Virus record (IMG/VR): IMGVR_UViG_3300033075_000545
Location: 32,001 to 96,000 of that record
Reading direction: 5' to 3' (one strand)
DNA from: a virus
Lineage: Duplodnaviria > Caudoviricetes
DNA length: 64,000 nucleotides
Shown: in pieces, positions 9,636-19,309 of the stretch
How positions within the stretch are numbered: the first letter of the stretch is position 1
Layout: every line of letters begins with the position of its first letter
Program-made: the position numbers and the translations under genes
Notes under the pieces: model-generated
What the model saw: the letters and a program-made list of their open reading frames with translations, nothing else
Told to the model about the DNA's origin: nothing
Databases searched by the model: none

Positions 9636-10886
9636 ATGTTGCAAGAAACTCCGTTGGCGCAACTGAAGCAGGACGTTTGGGATGCATGCATGTCGGAGAC
9701 GGTGCCGATCATTTGGGGACCTCCGGGGGTCGGCAAGACCGAGATGGTCAAGTCGATCGGGAAAGACCACAGGATCCCCGTTTACATCATCATCGGTTCG
9801 CTGTGCGACCCCACAGACATCAACGGTTTCCCAGTGGTGTCCACGACGATCAAGGACGCGTCTGGAGAGGAACACAAGAGTATCGAGTTTGCCCCACGCA
9901 GTTTCCTGCGGGAGATCCAGAACAAGCACGACGGACGAGCCATCGTCTTCTGGGACGAGCTCACGACAACACCGCCGGCTACGCAGGCCGCGGGCCTGAC
10001 GACCATCCAAACGAAGAGGTTCGGCGACTTTCAGATGGATGCGAAGAAACTGTTGTTCATCGCAGCAGCGAACAAGACGGAGCACGCCGCGAACGGCCAG
10101 GAGCTGGCCCTGCCGATGAAGAACCGTTTGGTCCACCTGGACTTTCCTGTCAACGAGATGTCAGCCAAAGAATGGGCGGCGCAGTTCCCGATCTATTGGG
10201 GTCGGGAACCCGATGTCGGTATGGACGGTCACGAGATCGCGAAAGACGTTATGCGGCGGGCACGCACGATGGTGTCTGGGTTCATCGTGCGCCATCCGTC
10301 GCTGTGGTTCAAGATGCCAAAGGATCCGGAGGGGGTGAACGGGTATCCGACGCCGCGGTCGTGGGACGCGGTCTCTCGGTTCTTGGGCCTTGCGTACCAC
10401 CGAAACGGGTACAAGACGGGCTCGGAGTTTTCGATCGCACGTTTGGTGAGCGGTGCGGTCGGCGAGGCTGGTGTTGAGTTCATGACGTACGTGAGGGAGT
10501 CAAACATCCCCGACCCGGAAGATGTGATTCGTACCGCTGCGACCTGGGAACCGTCGGACCGATCGGACATCAACTTCGTGGTGCTGACGGGTGTCGTGGC
10601 TGCGGTGCAGGGCCGTCCGACTCCGGATCGGTTGATGGCAGGGCTGATGGTGTGTAACAGGGTTGCGGCACGCCGCGGTAAGAGTGGTGTGGCCTCGTAT
10701 GAGGCTTCGGCGATCCCAGCCATCCGCTTGGCACAACTCGTCAACACCGACGAGCGGTTGGACAAGTTCGCGAAAGACCACAAGATGAGCCGCGACGCTC
10801 TCGCGAAGTTGTCGATCGAGGCCGGCAAACTGCTGAAACCTTACCTCGGGATGCAAACGAAGATGCTGGAGGCGGTGACGAGCTGA
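9636..10886 (+). CDS. MoxR-type AAA+ ATPase
   Basis: Walker A GPPGVGKT, DPTDINGFP, Walker B VFWDEL, AAAN, NRLVH, PTPRSW. Confidence 0.9.
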   Translation: MLQETPLAQLKQDVWDACMSETVPIIWGPPGVGKTEMVKSIGKDHRIPVYIIIGSLCDPTDINGFPVVSTTIKDASGEEHKSIEFAPRSFLREIQNKHDGRAIVFWDELTTTPPATQAAGLTTIQTKRFGDFQMDAKKLLFIAAANKTEHAANGQELALPMKNRLVHLDFPVNEMSAKEWAAQFPIYWGREPDVGMDGHEIAKDVMRRARTMVSGFIVRHPSLWFKMPKDPEGVNGYPTPRSWDAVSRFLGLAYHRNGYKTGSEFSIARLVSGAVGEAGVEFMTYVRESNIPDPEDVIRTAATWEPSDRSDINFVVLTGVVAAVQGRPTPDRLMAGLMVCNRVAARRGKSGVASYEASAIPAIRLAQLVNTDERLDKFAKDHKMSRDALAKLSIEAGKLLKPYLGMQTKMLEAVTS

Positions 10887-10899
10887 TAATTTGGGTTGC

Positions 10900-10930
10900 G
10901 GTACCCACCGACAGCGGTGGGTATCCTTTT
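10900..10930 (+). terminator. Intrinsic terminator between the AAA ATPase and VWA genes
   Basis: ggtacccaccg-acag-cggtgggtatc followed by ctttt. Confidence 0.65.
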
Positions 10931-10953
10931 ATTCATCGATCAGAGGGTCTGGT

Positions 10954-12402
10954 ATGTCGATGGTAAGTGGGATCGCGACGAAGACGATTGATGACCCGGA
11001 AGCCATGGATAAGCTTGTGGCAGCGAAGACGATCGTGACGGCTTCGTGGCCCTATCTGCACAGCCTGATGTGGCAGTTGGCGGCTCGGTGGACGGATCAG
11101 GTTCCGACTATAGGCGTTGATGATAAGTGGCGTCTGTACTTGAATCCAAGTTGGGTTAAGACACAACACGCGGGAACTCTCGCGCTGATTATTGCCGGCC
11201 ACGAGCTTCAGCACCTGTTCGGGGAACACAGTCGACGGTTAACGGAGCACCAAGACAAGTTCGTTGTCAATGTGCAGGGGTGCCCCTGTTCGTTGTCCAA
11301 CTTGGCGCACGATTTGGCCATCAACAGCGCTCTCCAATCATTCTTGGATAGCGCAAAGCTCTATCGTGAGTCACAGGGGTACACACCTTTTCCAATGAAG
11401 GTGTCCGAAGAAATTGCAGAGGGCGCATACCCCAACAAGTACATGGACAGCAATGGTCGTCCGTTTCCGACAGGTCTGATTTCCGAAGATTACGCGGATC
11501 TGTTGATCCGACACGCCAAGCCCACACCTCAGTGTGGTAAAGCCAACAGCCGCGCCAAAGGCAAGGGCAAGGACAAGGACAAAGGCAAGGGTAACGACGA
11601 CGGTGATGGTGAAGGGAAGGGCAACGGAGCAGGTGATGGCAACCGTCCGCATGCAGCATCAGGACGGTGTGGATCGGGGGGTGGAGGTCCTCCTGAAGAC
11701 TACGAGGACCGCAGTCCTGTGGATCCCACGGATCAAACGTCTGGGACGTGTCGGGAAGAACAGGAAATCATTCGGAAGAAGGTGGCCCAGGAGATCATCG
11801 AGCAGGATAAGAAAGCGCGGGGAACAGTTCCCGCTGGGCTCCGATTGTTGGCGGAGAAGTATTTCATCCCCAGCAAGGTAAACTGGGTTGAGCTTCTCAA
11901 AGGCGCCATTCGGTCTGCTGTAAATAAAGTCGCGGGCCAGCACGACTTCACTTACACGAGGTTGAACAAACGGCAGGAGGACCACCAGGTTCGAATGCCT
12001 ACGTTGTTTGCCCCTGCGCCTAAGGTGATGGTTGCTCTGGATACATCCGGTTCGATGGGTAAGAAGGACTATGAGCTCGCGTTTGGACACATCCACGGCG
12101 TCATGCGAAGCTTGGGATTCACGAAAATCCCCGTCTTCTGTTGTGATGCACGAGCCGGAGATGTCCAGTGGATCTCAAGCCTCAAGGATCTAGAACTTGA
12201 AGGCGGCGGCGGGACGGACATGTCCGCTGCAATCGACCAAGCAGCAAAACTGAAGCACTCGAAGCTTCTGATTGTTCTTACCGACGGTGAGACAGGGTGG
12301 CCCGCGCATAAGATTAAGTCAATGGACGTAGTTGCGTGCCTCACCAGGAAGCCGCATTGCGATCCGCCGCCTTCATGGATTAGGACAATTATCCAAGAGT
12401 AA
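10954..12402 (+). CDS. DUF2201-like metallopeptidase plus VWA domain protein
   Basis: HELQH (HExxH), NLAHDLAIN, G/K/D-rich linker, MIDAS DTSGS, GGGGTD, LTDGET. Confidence 0.85.
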   Translation: MSMVSGIATKTIDDPEAMDKLVAAKTIVTASWPYLHSLMWQLAARWTDQVPTIGVDDKWRLYLNPSWVKTQHAGTLALIIAGHELQHLFGEHSRRLTEHQDKFVVNVQGCPCSLSNLAHDLAINSALQSFLDSAKLYRESQGYTPFPMKVSEEIAEGAYPNKYMDSNGRPFPTGLISEDYADLLIRHAKPTPQCGKANSRAKGKGKDKDKGKGNDDGDGEGKGNGAGDGNRPHAASGRCGSGGGGPPEDYEDRSPVDPTDQTSGTCREEQEIIRKKVAQEIIEQDKKARGTVPAGLRLLAEKYFIPSKVNWVELLKGAIRSAVNKVAGQHDFTYTRLNKRQEDHQVRMPTLFAPAPKVMVALDTSGSMGKKDYELAFGHIHGVMRSLGFTKIPVFCCDARAGDVQWISSLKDLELEGGGGTDMSAAIDQAAKLKHSKLLIVLTDGETGWPAHKIKSMDVVACLTRKPHCDPPPSWIRTIIQE

Positions 12403-12406
12403 CGCG

Positions 12407-12685
12407 ATGGACGAGAATCGCATCGTCATCACTTCCTCATCCGTGACCGGGTTGGCTGTCAACCCGGTCATTGTTGAGGCGTTTCCATTTCTTAAGCATT
12501 ACGCACCCGGAGCAAGACGCGGGTGTTGCGGTAAAGCTCAACCGCAACAGGATGGTAATAAAGCGATTAAAGCCTTGCTACTGCTACCATCCGAGCGTAA
12601 AAAGGAATTGAAGCGGCTGCTCGGGTCCGACAACGTCGTCGTGACCGTCGTGAAGGCTGGTCGCGTTGTGTTAGAAAGTCTGTAG
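12407..12685 (+). CDS. Hypothetical protein (GCCGK motif)
   Basis: ATG directly after the VWA stop; tiles the operon. Confidence 0.6.
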   Translation: MDENRIVITSSSVTGLAVNPVIVEAFPFLKHYAPGARRGCCGKAQPQQDGNKAIKALLLLPSERKKELKRLLGSDNVVVTVVKAGRVVLESL

Positions 12686-12687
12686 TA

Positions 12688-13074
12688 ATGTCAACGTACC
12701 AAATCGATCCGAACCGTCTTTGGGTTCGTCAAGAGGGCACCAACGCCCCCTACGACACATCGGCTCCGGATGCCGTCTGGGTTGCTGTGACAGGTCCATC
12801 TATGGAATCTCTCCTCCATAACCCTGAGATTCCACGCAACGCGGGAATCTTCGTGGCCAATAAGTACGGTGCTGTTGACGGCATCGACGCGGAGGAAGGT
12901 CCCATGCCCGACGATGGGACGGTGGCTCCTTCATTCGAACAACTAGCTACGGCTGATGGAACAACGTCGGTGAACGAGTACTTGAAGATGGCGGCGAAGA
13001 TGGCGCTCCATAATAAGGCAGGAGCTACGCAGTATGTCCGATTCTTCCGGTTCCGTCGATTCCACCTCCTATGA
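12688..13074 (+). CDS. Hypothetical protein
   Basis: Tiles the operon. Confidence 0.55.
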   Translation: MSTYQIDPNRLWVRQEGTNAPYDTSAPDAVWVAVTGPSMESLLHNPEIPRNAGIFVANKYGAVDGIDAEEGPMPDDGTVAPSFEQLATADGTTSVNEYLKMAAKMALHNKAGATQYVRFFRFRRFHLL

Positions 13075-13495
13075 GAACGTGTACCGCGCAGCAAATGTTT
13101 CGTTCGGAACTCCGCGGTATGTGGTCGAATGTTTGCAGTCTGTATTGGGAACGGCTCCAGGATACAATGGAGCCTTTACGGCATTTGTAGTTTCACTCTT
13201 AGTTTCCGACGGCGTTTTGGGTATGCGCGCTATCAGTCGGGCTTTAGTCGAGTGGGTCAACCGAGTGGATTGGAAAACAGTCCTGACTGACAAAAAGCCG
13301 GCTGGAATGAGCGTAACATCGGCTGAAGTTGTTTGTCTTCCGGGTGCGCATGGCGGGTTCTCAATCGAAGCCACAGCGCCAGTTAAACGGATCAATGACG
13401 ACTGGTTCGAGATGAGAATTTTCAATCTCCGAGTGATTGAAAAACTGTTCAGGAGATCTTTGAACGATGTCGAACCGAAACGAGATGGTCGCTAG
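13034..13495 (+). CDS. Hypothetical protein
   Basis: AGGAG RBS; overlaps both neighbours. Confidence 0.55.
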   Translation: MSDSSGSVDSTSYENVYRAANVSFGTPRYVVECLQSVLGTAPGYNGAFTAFVVSLLVSDGVLGMRAISRALVEWVNRVDWKTVLTDKKPAGMSVTSAEVVCLPGAHGGFSIEATAPVKRINDDWFEMRIFNLRVIEKLFRRSLNDVEPKRDGR

Positions 13496-14153
13496 GGTCT
13501 TCACTGACCCTGAGAGTTTCGCCACATGCCTCTTGGCGGTGGGTTTAGACCATTTCGGTTCGTGTGTGAATTGGACGCCGCAAACGTGGGTCGACGAGGT
13601 TCGTGATACGTTTCGGGTGGATATGCACCCGCGAAATCTAGATCGTGTTATGGGTATGTGTCAGGTGCTATCGAGCCCGGACGAATTTTACGTGTCGGAA
13701 GCTGGGTTCAACGACATTGTCCAAGCGATTGCCAGTGAATGGTTCTCGCCTACGACGTGGCACCCTCCTACTACTGCGGAGTGCCTCTGGGCGTGTGTAG
13801 AGACGTTCTTGATCGACCCTCCCGACAACCGCAGCACTCCGCGGTTTTCTCCGGACGTAATGAGCTACATAACGCAGATCGCACGTAATGAGGGATTCCA
13901 CAGCCTTCCCCAAGTGTTCACGGCTTTTGGGGTGATCGAGGACAAATCAGTTTACGCGCCATACGACTATTCGGAAGACGCCTCTTTGGTTCAGGCTGCA
14001 ATGAAGGGCGCGCAGTTTCGGGAAGAGGATTTGGACGGGTGGCTCGCCGGAGAACTCCGTGAGTATACGACACAGCTTGAGAAGTTGCCACTTACTCATG
14101 GACATGGAATCGCCGCGGTAACTGGCGAGTTGAAGCAGTTCATCTCAAAATAA
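13467..14153 (+). CDS. Hypothetical phage protein
   Basis: AGGAG RBS; 228-aa helical ORF. Confidence 0.7.
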   Translation: MSNRNEMVARVFTDPESFATCLLAVGLDHFGSCVNWTPQTWVDEVRDTFRVDMHPRNLDRVMGMCQVLSSPDEFYVSEAGFNDIVQAIASEWFSPTTWHPPTTAECLWACVETFLIDPPDNRSTPRFSPDVMSYITQIARNEGFHSLPQVFTAFGVIEDKSVYAPYDYSEDASLVQAAMKGAQFREEDLDGWLAGELREYTTQLEKLPLTHGHGIAAVTGELKQFISK

Positions 14154-14189
14154 GACTCTGACACCAATAGCAAGACAAGGAGACGTGCG

Positions 14190-15272
14190 ATGCCCGCAAC
14201 GTCTAAGGTCGCTTCGTTGGAAAAGTTCATTCAGGAGACGTATTACAAGGATCCGATCGCCGCGGTCAGGATGGTTAATAAGAAATACCGGATCATTAAG
14301 ATCCGTAAATCGTGGTGGAGGGGATACCACAAGATCAAGGACGCGAAGGTCGTTGTAGGATCAGAAGAGGCTACCACGAGTTCTACAACGAACCCGAACT
14401 GGAAGCTGGTACCTGCGAAGATGCGAGAGGAGTTTCAGAATCTCGAGGCCAATGTCAACGTCGTCATTAAGTTGTACTGCGTAACGCAGAGACAAAAAGA
14501 CGCAGCCGAGTCCCTGATCCTAGGGGACGGCATGTACGCAATCGAAGAAGAGCAGTGGCCTAGAGTACGGGAAAAATTGGCCCACATGCAAGCCGTATGG
14601 TCTCGTACGGCTGACAAGTGGTGCACGAACGATGGTCACGTTTTACTGCGGTCGTATCTCAAAGACCAAATGGGCGCCGCGGATTTTAACAAGGCTGAAG
14701 CACTGATTCCCGAACCCCAAGATATGCGTGCTAAGTTCGGGCTGCACTACTATGAGATTCCCGTGCGGGTGATAGAAGACGCTGGTTTGGCGCCAGAGCT
14801 TCAGGAGAACCGATTCCGTACGGTAGCTGAGTTACTCTCCGCAGCGGTCCGCACGCCACGGCTGGAAGCTGCAGAGGAATGGGCAGGGCTGATCCAACAG
14901 TTAGTAGAGACCGTAACAGATGCAGACGGAAACCAGGTAGTGAGATCGCGACAAGCCCCGGTTGACGGAGTCGTGCGGAAGAAAGCGTGGTCTCGAACGG
15001 TACGAGGACAATCTCTTGTAAATAGTCGGGAGATCTCAGACGCTTTGTCGAGATGCGGAAAGGCCATCGATGAGTCTTTGGATCATTATAGATCTATGAT
15101 CGCCGCAGAACTACCCAACAACGCAACGGACGCAAAGAAAGTAGCAGCGCAAATCAACGCAGACGACGGTGTCGCGTTGCGGATTGGTAAGTTGATGCTG
15201 GAAGCTTACAATGTTGCCGTCGACGAGGCGGCTATGTGTGAGGCCGTCGCGGCGTCATTTAAGACCGCCTAG
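14190..15272 (+). CDS. DUF3150-like helical protein
   Basis: AAGGAG RBS; IRKSWWRG..KLVP..F..LE..GMYAI pattern resembles DUF3150, a family often found near AAA/VWA pairs. Confidence 0.5.
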   Translation: MPATSKVASLEKFIQETYYKDPIAAVRMVNKKYRIIKIRKSWWRGYHKIKDAKVVVGSEEATTSSTTNPNWKLVPAKMREEFQNLEANVNVVIKLYCVTQRQKDAAESLILGDGMYAIEEEQWPRVREKLAHMQAVWSRTADKWCTNDGHVLLRSYLKDQMGAADFNKAEALIPEPQDMRAKFGLHYYEIPVRVIEDAGLAPELQENRFRTVAELLSAAVRTPRLEAAEEWAGLIQQLVETVTDADGNQVVRSRQAPVDGVVRKKAWSRTVRGQSLVNSREISDALSRCGKAIDESLDHYRSMIAAELPNNATDAKKVAAQINADDGVALRIGKLMLEAYNVAVDEAAMCEAVAASFKTA

Positions 15273-15286
15273 CGAGGTACCGAACG

Positions 15287-15826
15287 ATGTTTACGGACGA
15301 CGTACCGGTCAAAGAGGTCCGCGCCGGCGTCCCTAGAAAGGACTTTGTTTACATAAAGGAGAACGTACTCAAAGGACCAGAATCGGTTTGGTTCGGAGAA
15401 CCCCACAAGGACTTCCGCAACCATCCGAAAAAGTCTGCACTTGTCGGTAATTGTTGGACGGCAGTTGCAGTTGACGCAACCAACCGTCCGATCGGTGTGG
15501 CGTTCTACGAGGGAGGTACCTCCAAGAGACTGCCAACGATGCTTGTAACATCGATTGCCGTGGACCCTAGATTTGACGCCGCTACTCGCGCCGCAATCGG
15601 GTCTGCAATTATCCAAAGCATTGGCACTCGGTTCCAAACCTGGAGCCAGGGTAAAGGATACATTACCGCCGACATTCAAAAGTCGGCCACGGTCGCCCAG
15701 GACGTCTTACAGTCCCACGGGTGGAGGTGCCTCCAGACACGTAACGACTGGTCTACAGACCGGTTCGTCATTTTCTCTGGAAGCGAAAATGCCCAACAAG
15801 AAGAATCCGACCAAGAAGGTCGTTAA
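15287..15826 (+). CDS. GNAT-like acetyltransferase
   Basis: PIGVAFY..LVTSIAVDP..RAAIGSAII (motif A-like) and LQSHGW (motif B-like). Confidence 0.55.
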   Translation: MFTDDVPVKEVRAGVPRKDFVYIKENVLKGPESVWFGEPHKDFRNHPKKSALVGNCWTAVAVDATNRPIGVAFYEGGTSKRLPTMLVTSIAVDPRFDAATRAAIGSAIIQSIGTRFQTWSQGKGYITADIQKSATVAQDVLQSHGWRCLQTRNDWSTDRFVIFSGSENAQQEESDQEGR

Positions 15827-16106
15827 ATATATCCACGTGGCCTCAGCCGTCATCCGAAGGAACAAAAAGACGGGGTCTAACGACCCGCCCGTCATTGTCC
15901 GAAAGTCGCGGTCTGGGAAGTCATCGCGGAAACAGTACGAATCGATCTACGACGAGAATGGTAAGATTGTAGCGCGAATTATAAACGCCCCGACCAGGAC
16001 GTTATCCTGCGGGGCGGTTGTATATATCGAATGCTTTTACGACCGGGCCAAAGCAGCCCAATCAACCCGCGGATCACGGGGGACTTCAACGGGCGAAACA
16101 CCGTGA
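15789..16106 (+). CDS. Small basic phage protein
   Basis: IHV...IRRN.K.G..DPPV...LSCGAVVYIE pattern recalled from phage hypothetical proteins. Confidence 0.65.
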   Translation: MPNKKNPTKKVVKYIHVASAVIRRNKKTGSNDPPVIVRKSRSGKSSRKQYESIYDENGKIVARIINAPTRTLSCGAVVYIECFYDRAKAAQSTRGSRGTSTGETP

Positions 16107-17053
16107 TGGTCGAGAACCTCACGGAATGCTGCGCACTTCTCCTGGAGCAAGGAGCATCGGGCCGTGTTAGAAACCACGGCTGGTAGGTCAAACAAGTTAG
16201 AAAGGGTCTCGTCCGGGATTTTGTTCAGGTCTGCCCTTTTGTACCAACTCCCATCCGCCGCCCGGACCATCGCGGCAAGCTTGCGCCGCGCCGCGGAGGG
16301 CGTCTCGTCGCAGAGCTGTGTCAAGGGGTCCGGGAGCTGCCAATTGTTGACCCGGTCAACGGCCCGGAGATGGGTCGCTGCAAGAACTGGGTCGGTCGGT
16401 GGAGAAGCAGAGGCTTCTTTGAGAACCTCAACAAGGGCTGGGAGTTTATCGCGAGTTGCGTGCCAGATCCGTTGATCGAATGCCTCCTTCCACGTACTCG
16501 CGAGTCGACCGAGACCTGCTGCTGCTTCGATCTGATCAACGACAGCGTTGCTGAGAGCGCCAGGAACACGCTCCCCTGCGCTGAGAACATTACGGGAGAA
16601 AGTCTGAAGATCCGTAGGGGTAAATTGGTCGCTGTACTTGGTGAAGTAGTCTGCTGCTGCCTTCACTTGTTCTGCGGTGTCCAAAGGATACTTCTTACTG
16701 TCGGGGAGTCCGTAGTGTCGAGATTCGGCGGGAACTGGTCGGTTCTGTTCGAGACGGGACCACTCACCGAACAGGCGGTGCTGATCAAGAGCCGCTTTAA
16801 TACGATTTCCTACCTTGGTGTCCGTTGAGAGTGTTGCGTGGTAATGGGCAGCAGAAGCCCAAGCTGCAGACGGGGTGTGGACGGGAAACGTCTTCCCGGC
16901 GTCTGCGTAGGCAGAGGCCACCTTCTCAACGGGCTCCAAGTCTTCAACGCTGGCTTCAAGTACCCCGGCTGGTGCTGCGTACTTGACCATCAGTACGGCT
17001 GTGCGAGCGCCGGTTCGGTCCGCCAGCGGCCCGTCACCAAGGGTAGTTACCAT
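16037..17053 (-). CDS. Hypothetical phage protein with a YGLP..KYPL..V.AA..YF motif (possible head-associated)
   Basis: AAGGTG RBS before ATG at 17053; YGLPDSKKYPLDTAEQVKAAADYF. Confidence 0.7.
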   Translation of the reverse strand: MVTTLGDGPLADRTGARTAVLMVKYAAPAGVLEASVEDLEPVEKVASAYADAGKTFPVHTPSAAWASAAHYHATLSTDTKVGNRIKAALDQHRLFGEWSRLEQNRPVPAESRHYGLPDSKKYPLDTAEQVKAAADYFTKYSDQFTPTDLQTFSRNVLSAGERVPGALSNAVVDQIEAAAGLGRLASTWKEAFDQRIWHATRDKLPALVEVLKEASASPPTDPVLAATHLRAVDRVNNWQLPDPLTQLCDETPSAARRKLAAMVRAADGSWYKRADLNKIPDETLSNLFDLPAVVSNTARCSLLQEKCAAFREVLDHHGVSPVEVPRDPRVDWAALARS

Positions 17054-17114
17054 GTCGTCACCTTTGTGGGAGTCGTACTGGCCAGTGGCCAGAGTTCCAA
17101 TCAGTCTGGGTTTA

Positions 17115-18494
17115 ATGGCGGTCCGACAGGACCCCACATCCAAACCATATTACTGTCATGAATGCGGTAACAAAAGTATAGATTGCGTCGTCACTGATGA
17201 CTCGGGTCAGCACTGGATGCGATGTGCATCGTGTGGCTGGAGCGGATACGCGTTCAATTATGTCTTTGAGAGCCTCAACGAGGATTGGACAGCAACGATT
17301 GCGGCATTGAATGCTGTAGGTATGAAACTTAAGTTGAAGGACTTTAGCACAAACGAATTCTCAGCGCACAGTAAACACGTCAAATTGATTCGTAACCTGG
17401 AGCAGATTGCAAAGAATATGGCCCATAGGCGAGTCGGGGCCCAGCCAGGACAACCGTATGCAGCCCACAACCACCCAAGTTGGTGGGCCGTGACAGAACC
17501 TGAGTTCTGTCAGTATTTGGAGATCAAGACTTCAGCTAAGAACCATAACGAATCGTACCACATCTGTACCGCAGTACCCGGATATGATCGGATGATGCGA
17601 CCGATCGGCGCGGTACTCTATGAAGGCACTAAGAACCGAATAGTGTGTGCAACAGGTACATACGGCGGAGTACTGTTTCGGCACACCATTCGACCGGACC
17701 GCAGGGTTTACGTTTCTACAGATACGCGGGATGACATCGCTCTCCAAGTTCAAAGACTCGCCGCGACGAATGGGACCACAGTGCCCGTGACGTCGCTTGT
17801 TCAGATGTCATACCAGAACATTGACAAAATTGCGTCTGATCTCCAGGGGTACCGAGTTACGATCGTCCGCGATTTTGTAATCAATGCGATACCTGTGGAC
17901 TGGATGTCTCTTGCAATCAAGATGAACGCTGATTTGGCTCCTGTAGGTGAAGAAGACCAGAGTCTGTCGGCACAGATGATTTGTGATAACTGGGATAAAT
18001 CCGCAGTGCACTGGTCCGAAGTACTGTTGACGCTCCTGAACAACAAACCGGATTGGCGGATTCGGGCCATGGTTAACGGTGTAGGGGACGCTGAAGACGT
18101 CATGAGTCAGTTGAAGACGCGTTGGTCTCGTACGAGCTACGAGAAGCTTAGAGCGGTAGTTAATTTGCCACTTGTTGACACGGTAGAGCTTAGGAAAGAT
18201 CTGGCGGTGTATGACTCACCTGATGGTGTTCGCGACGTAAGAACCAACGCTGTACTTTGTGAGACGGTACCTTACGTAACAGCCGTCGGGTTCGAAAACT
18301 CGAGAATCGTTTATACGGGCTACGTCCGATACCGCGGCAAATGTTTCAACTTCCGGTCTCGAAAGTTTAAGAACGACCCTATGGGGGTGATTGAGTCCAC
18401 GATGCTCAAAGCAGGAATTACGGACTTTGCGCCTGTGCACCCGAAACTGGTGCCGTATCTGTACACAATGGCTCGCCACTGGGGAGTTGTTTGA
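17115..18494 (+). CDS. Zn-ribbon protein, possibly primase-related
   Basis: CHECG...CASCG near the N-terminus; divergent from the 17053 gene. Confidence 0.6.
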   Translation: MAVRQDPTSKPYYCHECGNKSIDCVVTDDSGQHWMRCASCGWSGYAFNYVFESLNEDWTATIAALNAVGMKLKLKDFSTNEFSAHSKHVKLIRNLEQIAKNMAHRRVGAQPGQPYAAHNHPSWWAVTEPEFCQYLEIKTSAKNHNESYHICTAVPGYDRMMRPIGAVLYEGTKNRIVCATGTYGGVLFRHTIRPDRRVYVSTDTRDDIALQVQRLAATNGTTVPVTSLVQMSYQNIDKIASDLQGYRVTIVRDFVINAIPVDWMSLAIKMNADLAPVGEEDQSLSAQMICDNWDKSAVHWSEVLLTLLNNKPDWRIRAMVNGVGDAEDVMSQLKTRWSRTSYEKLRAVVNLPLVDTVELRKDLAVYDSPDGVRDVRTNAVLCETVPYVTAVGFENSRIVYTGYVRYRGKCFNFRSRKFKNDPMGVIESTMLKAGITDFAPVHPKLVPYLYTMARHWGVV

Positions 18495-18548
18495 AAGGGA
18501 GAACTGGGAGCCATAACTAAACGATTCACACTTTTTGAAAGGGACTCT

Positions 18549-19307
18549 ATGCGTCACGTTGACCAAATGTTGGACGCCGCGTGCGAGGCGCCCGACGATC
18601 TAGCGGTGCGGATGGCGCTGGCAGATGTGTTAAAGGCCGACGAGAGACCAGAACTGGCACAGGCCATCGAGGACAGAAGGTGTGGTCCGGAACTGTTAAG
18701 GTTGGTACGGGACAGAGCTGCGTTCTTCAAGCTCCCATTGACCATCGAGTTGTTGTGGTACTGCTTCCACCTTCACCCACGGGTCACGGACTACACGAAC
18801 AGGCTCTTACGAAGCTACCCGGGGTATACGACAGGGAGCCTTACCTTCCCGCCAGCAGAAACGTTCCCAGTTCCTACCGTCGAACCGCCGTCGCGGTGGC
18901 AGAGGATTACCCGAACGTCTCCGGCTGTAACGTGGAAAGAGTACACGCCTCCCACAAACCCGTACCTGTTGATGTCATCCACGACGACCAATCCAGTTTC
19001 TGCAACGTGGGGTGATGCTGCCCATAACGCTGCGGTTCAGGCTATGAATGCAGCACTAGCAACACCACCCGAGCTTGCGCCGGTTCCACGAGAAGTTCAG
19101 GACGCCCCAGAGATCGCACCAATGCCGCGGGAGGTCAACGACGCCCCGGTTGTGGATTCCTGTGACTACTCGAGTTCTCGTTCTGACACCAGTTCGTCGT
19201 ACGATTCGGGATCCAGTAGTAGTTATTCCTCCTACGACAGTGGGTCGTCTTCGAGCTCCGACTGCGGTAGCTCGTCTTGCGACAGCGGATCCTCAAGCTG
19301 TGACTGA
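18549..19307 (+). CDS. TIGR02996-like domain protein with Ser/Asp-rich tail
   Basis: MLDAACEAPDDLAVRMALADVL..ERPELAQAI; duplicated PE(L/I)AP(V/M)PREV; SSSYDSGSSS tail. Confidence 0.7.
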   Translation: MRHVDQMLDAACEAPDDLAVRMALADVLKADERPELAQAIEDRRCGPELLRLVRDRAAFFKLPLTIELLWYCFHLHPRVTDYTNRLLRSYPGYTTGSLTFPPAETFPVPTVEPPSRWQRITRTSPAVTWKEYTPPTNPYLLMSSTTTNPVSATWGDAAHNAAVQAMNAALATPPELAPVPREVQDAPEIAPMPREVNDAPVVDSCDYSSSRSDTSSSYDSGSSSSYSSYDSGSSSSSDCGSSSCDSGSSSCD

Positions 19308-19309
19308 CC

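Noticed and set aside
19160-19304. Ser-rich repeats as a CRISPR or satellite array
   Set aside because: They are degenerate coding repeats with no repeat-spacer structure.
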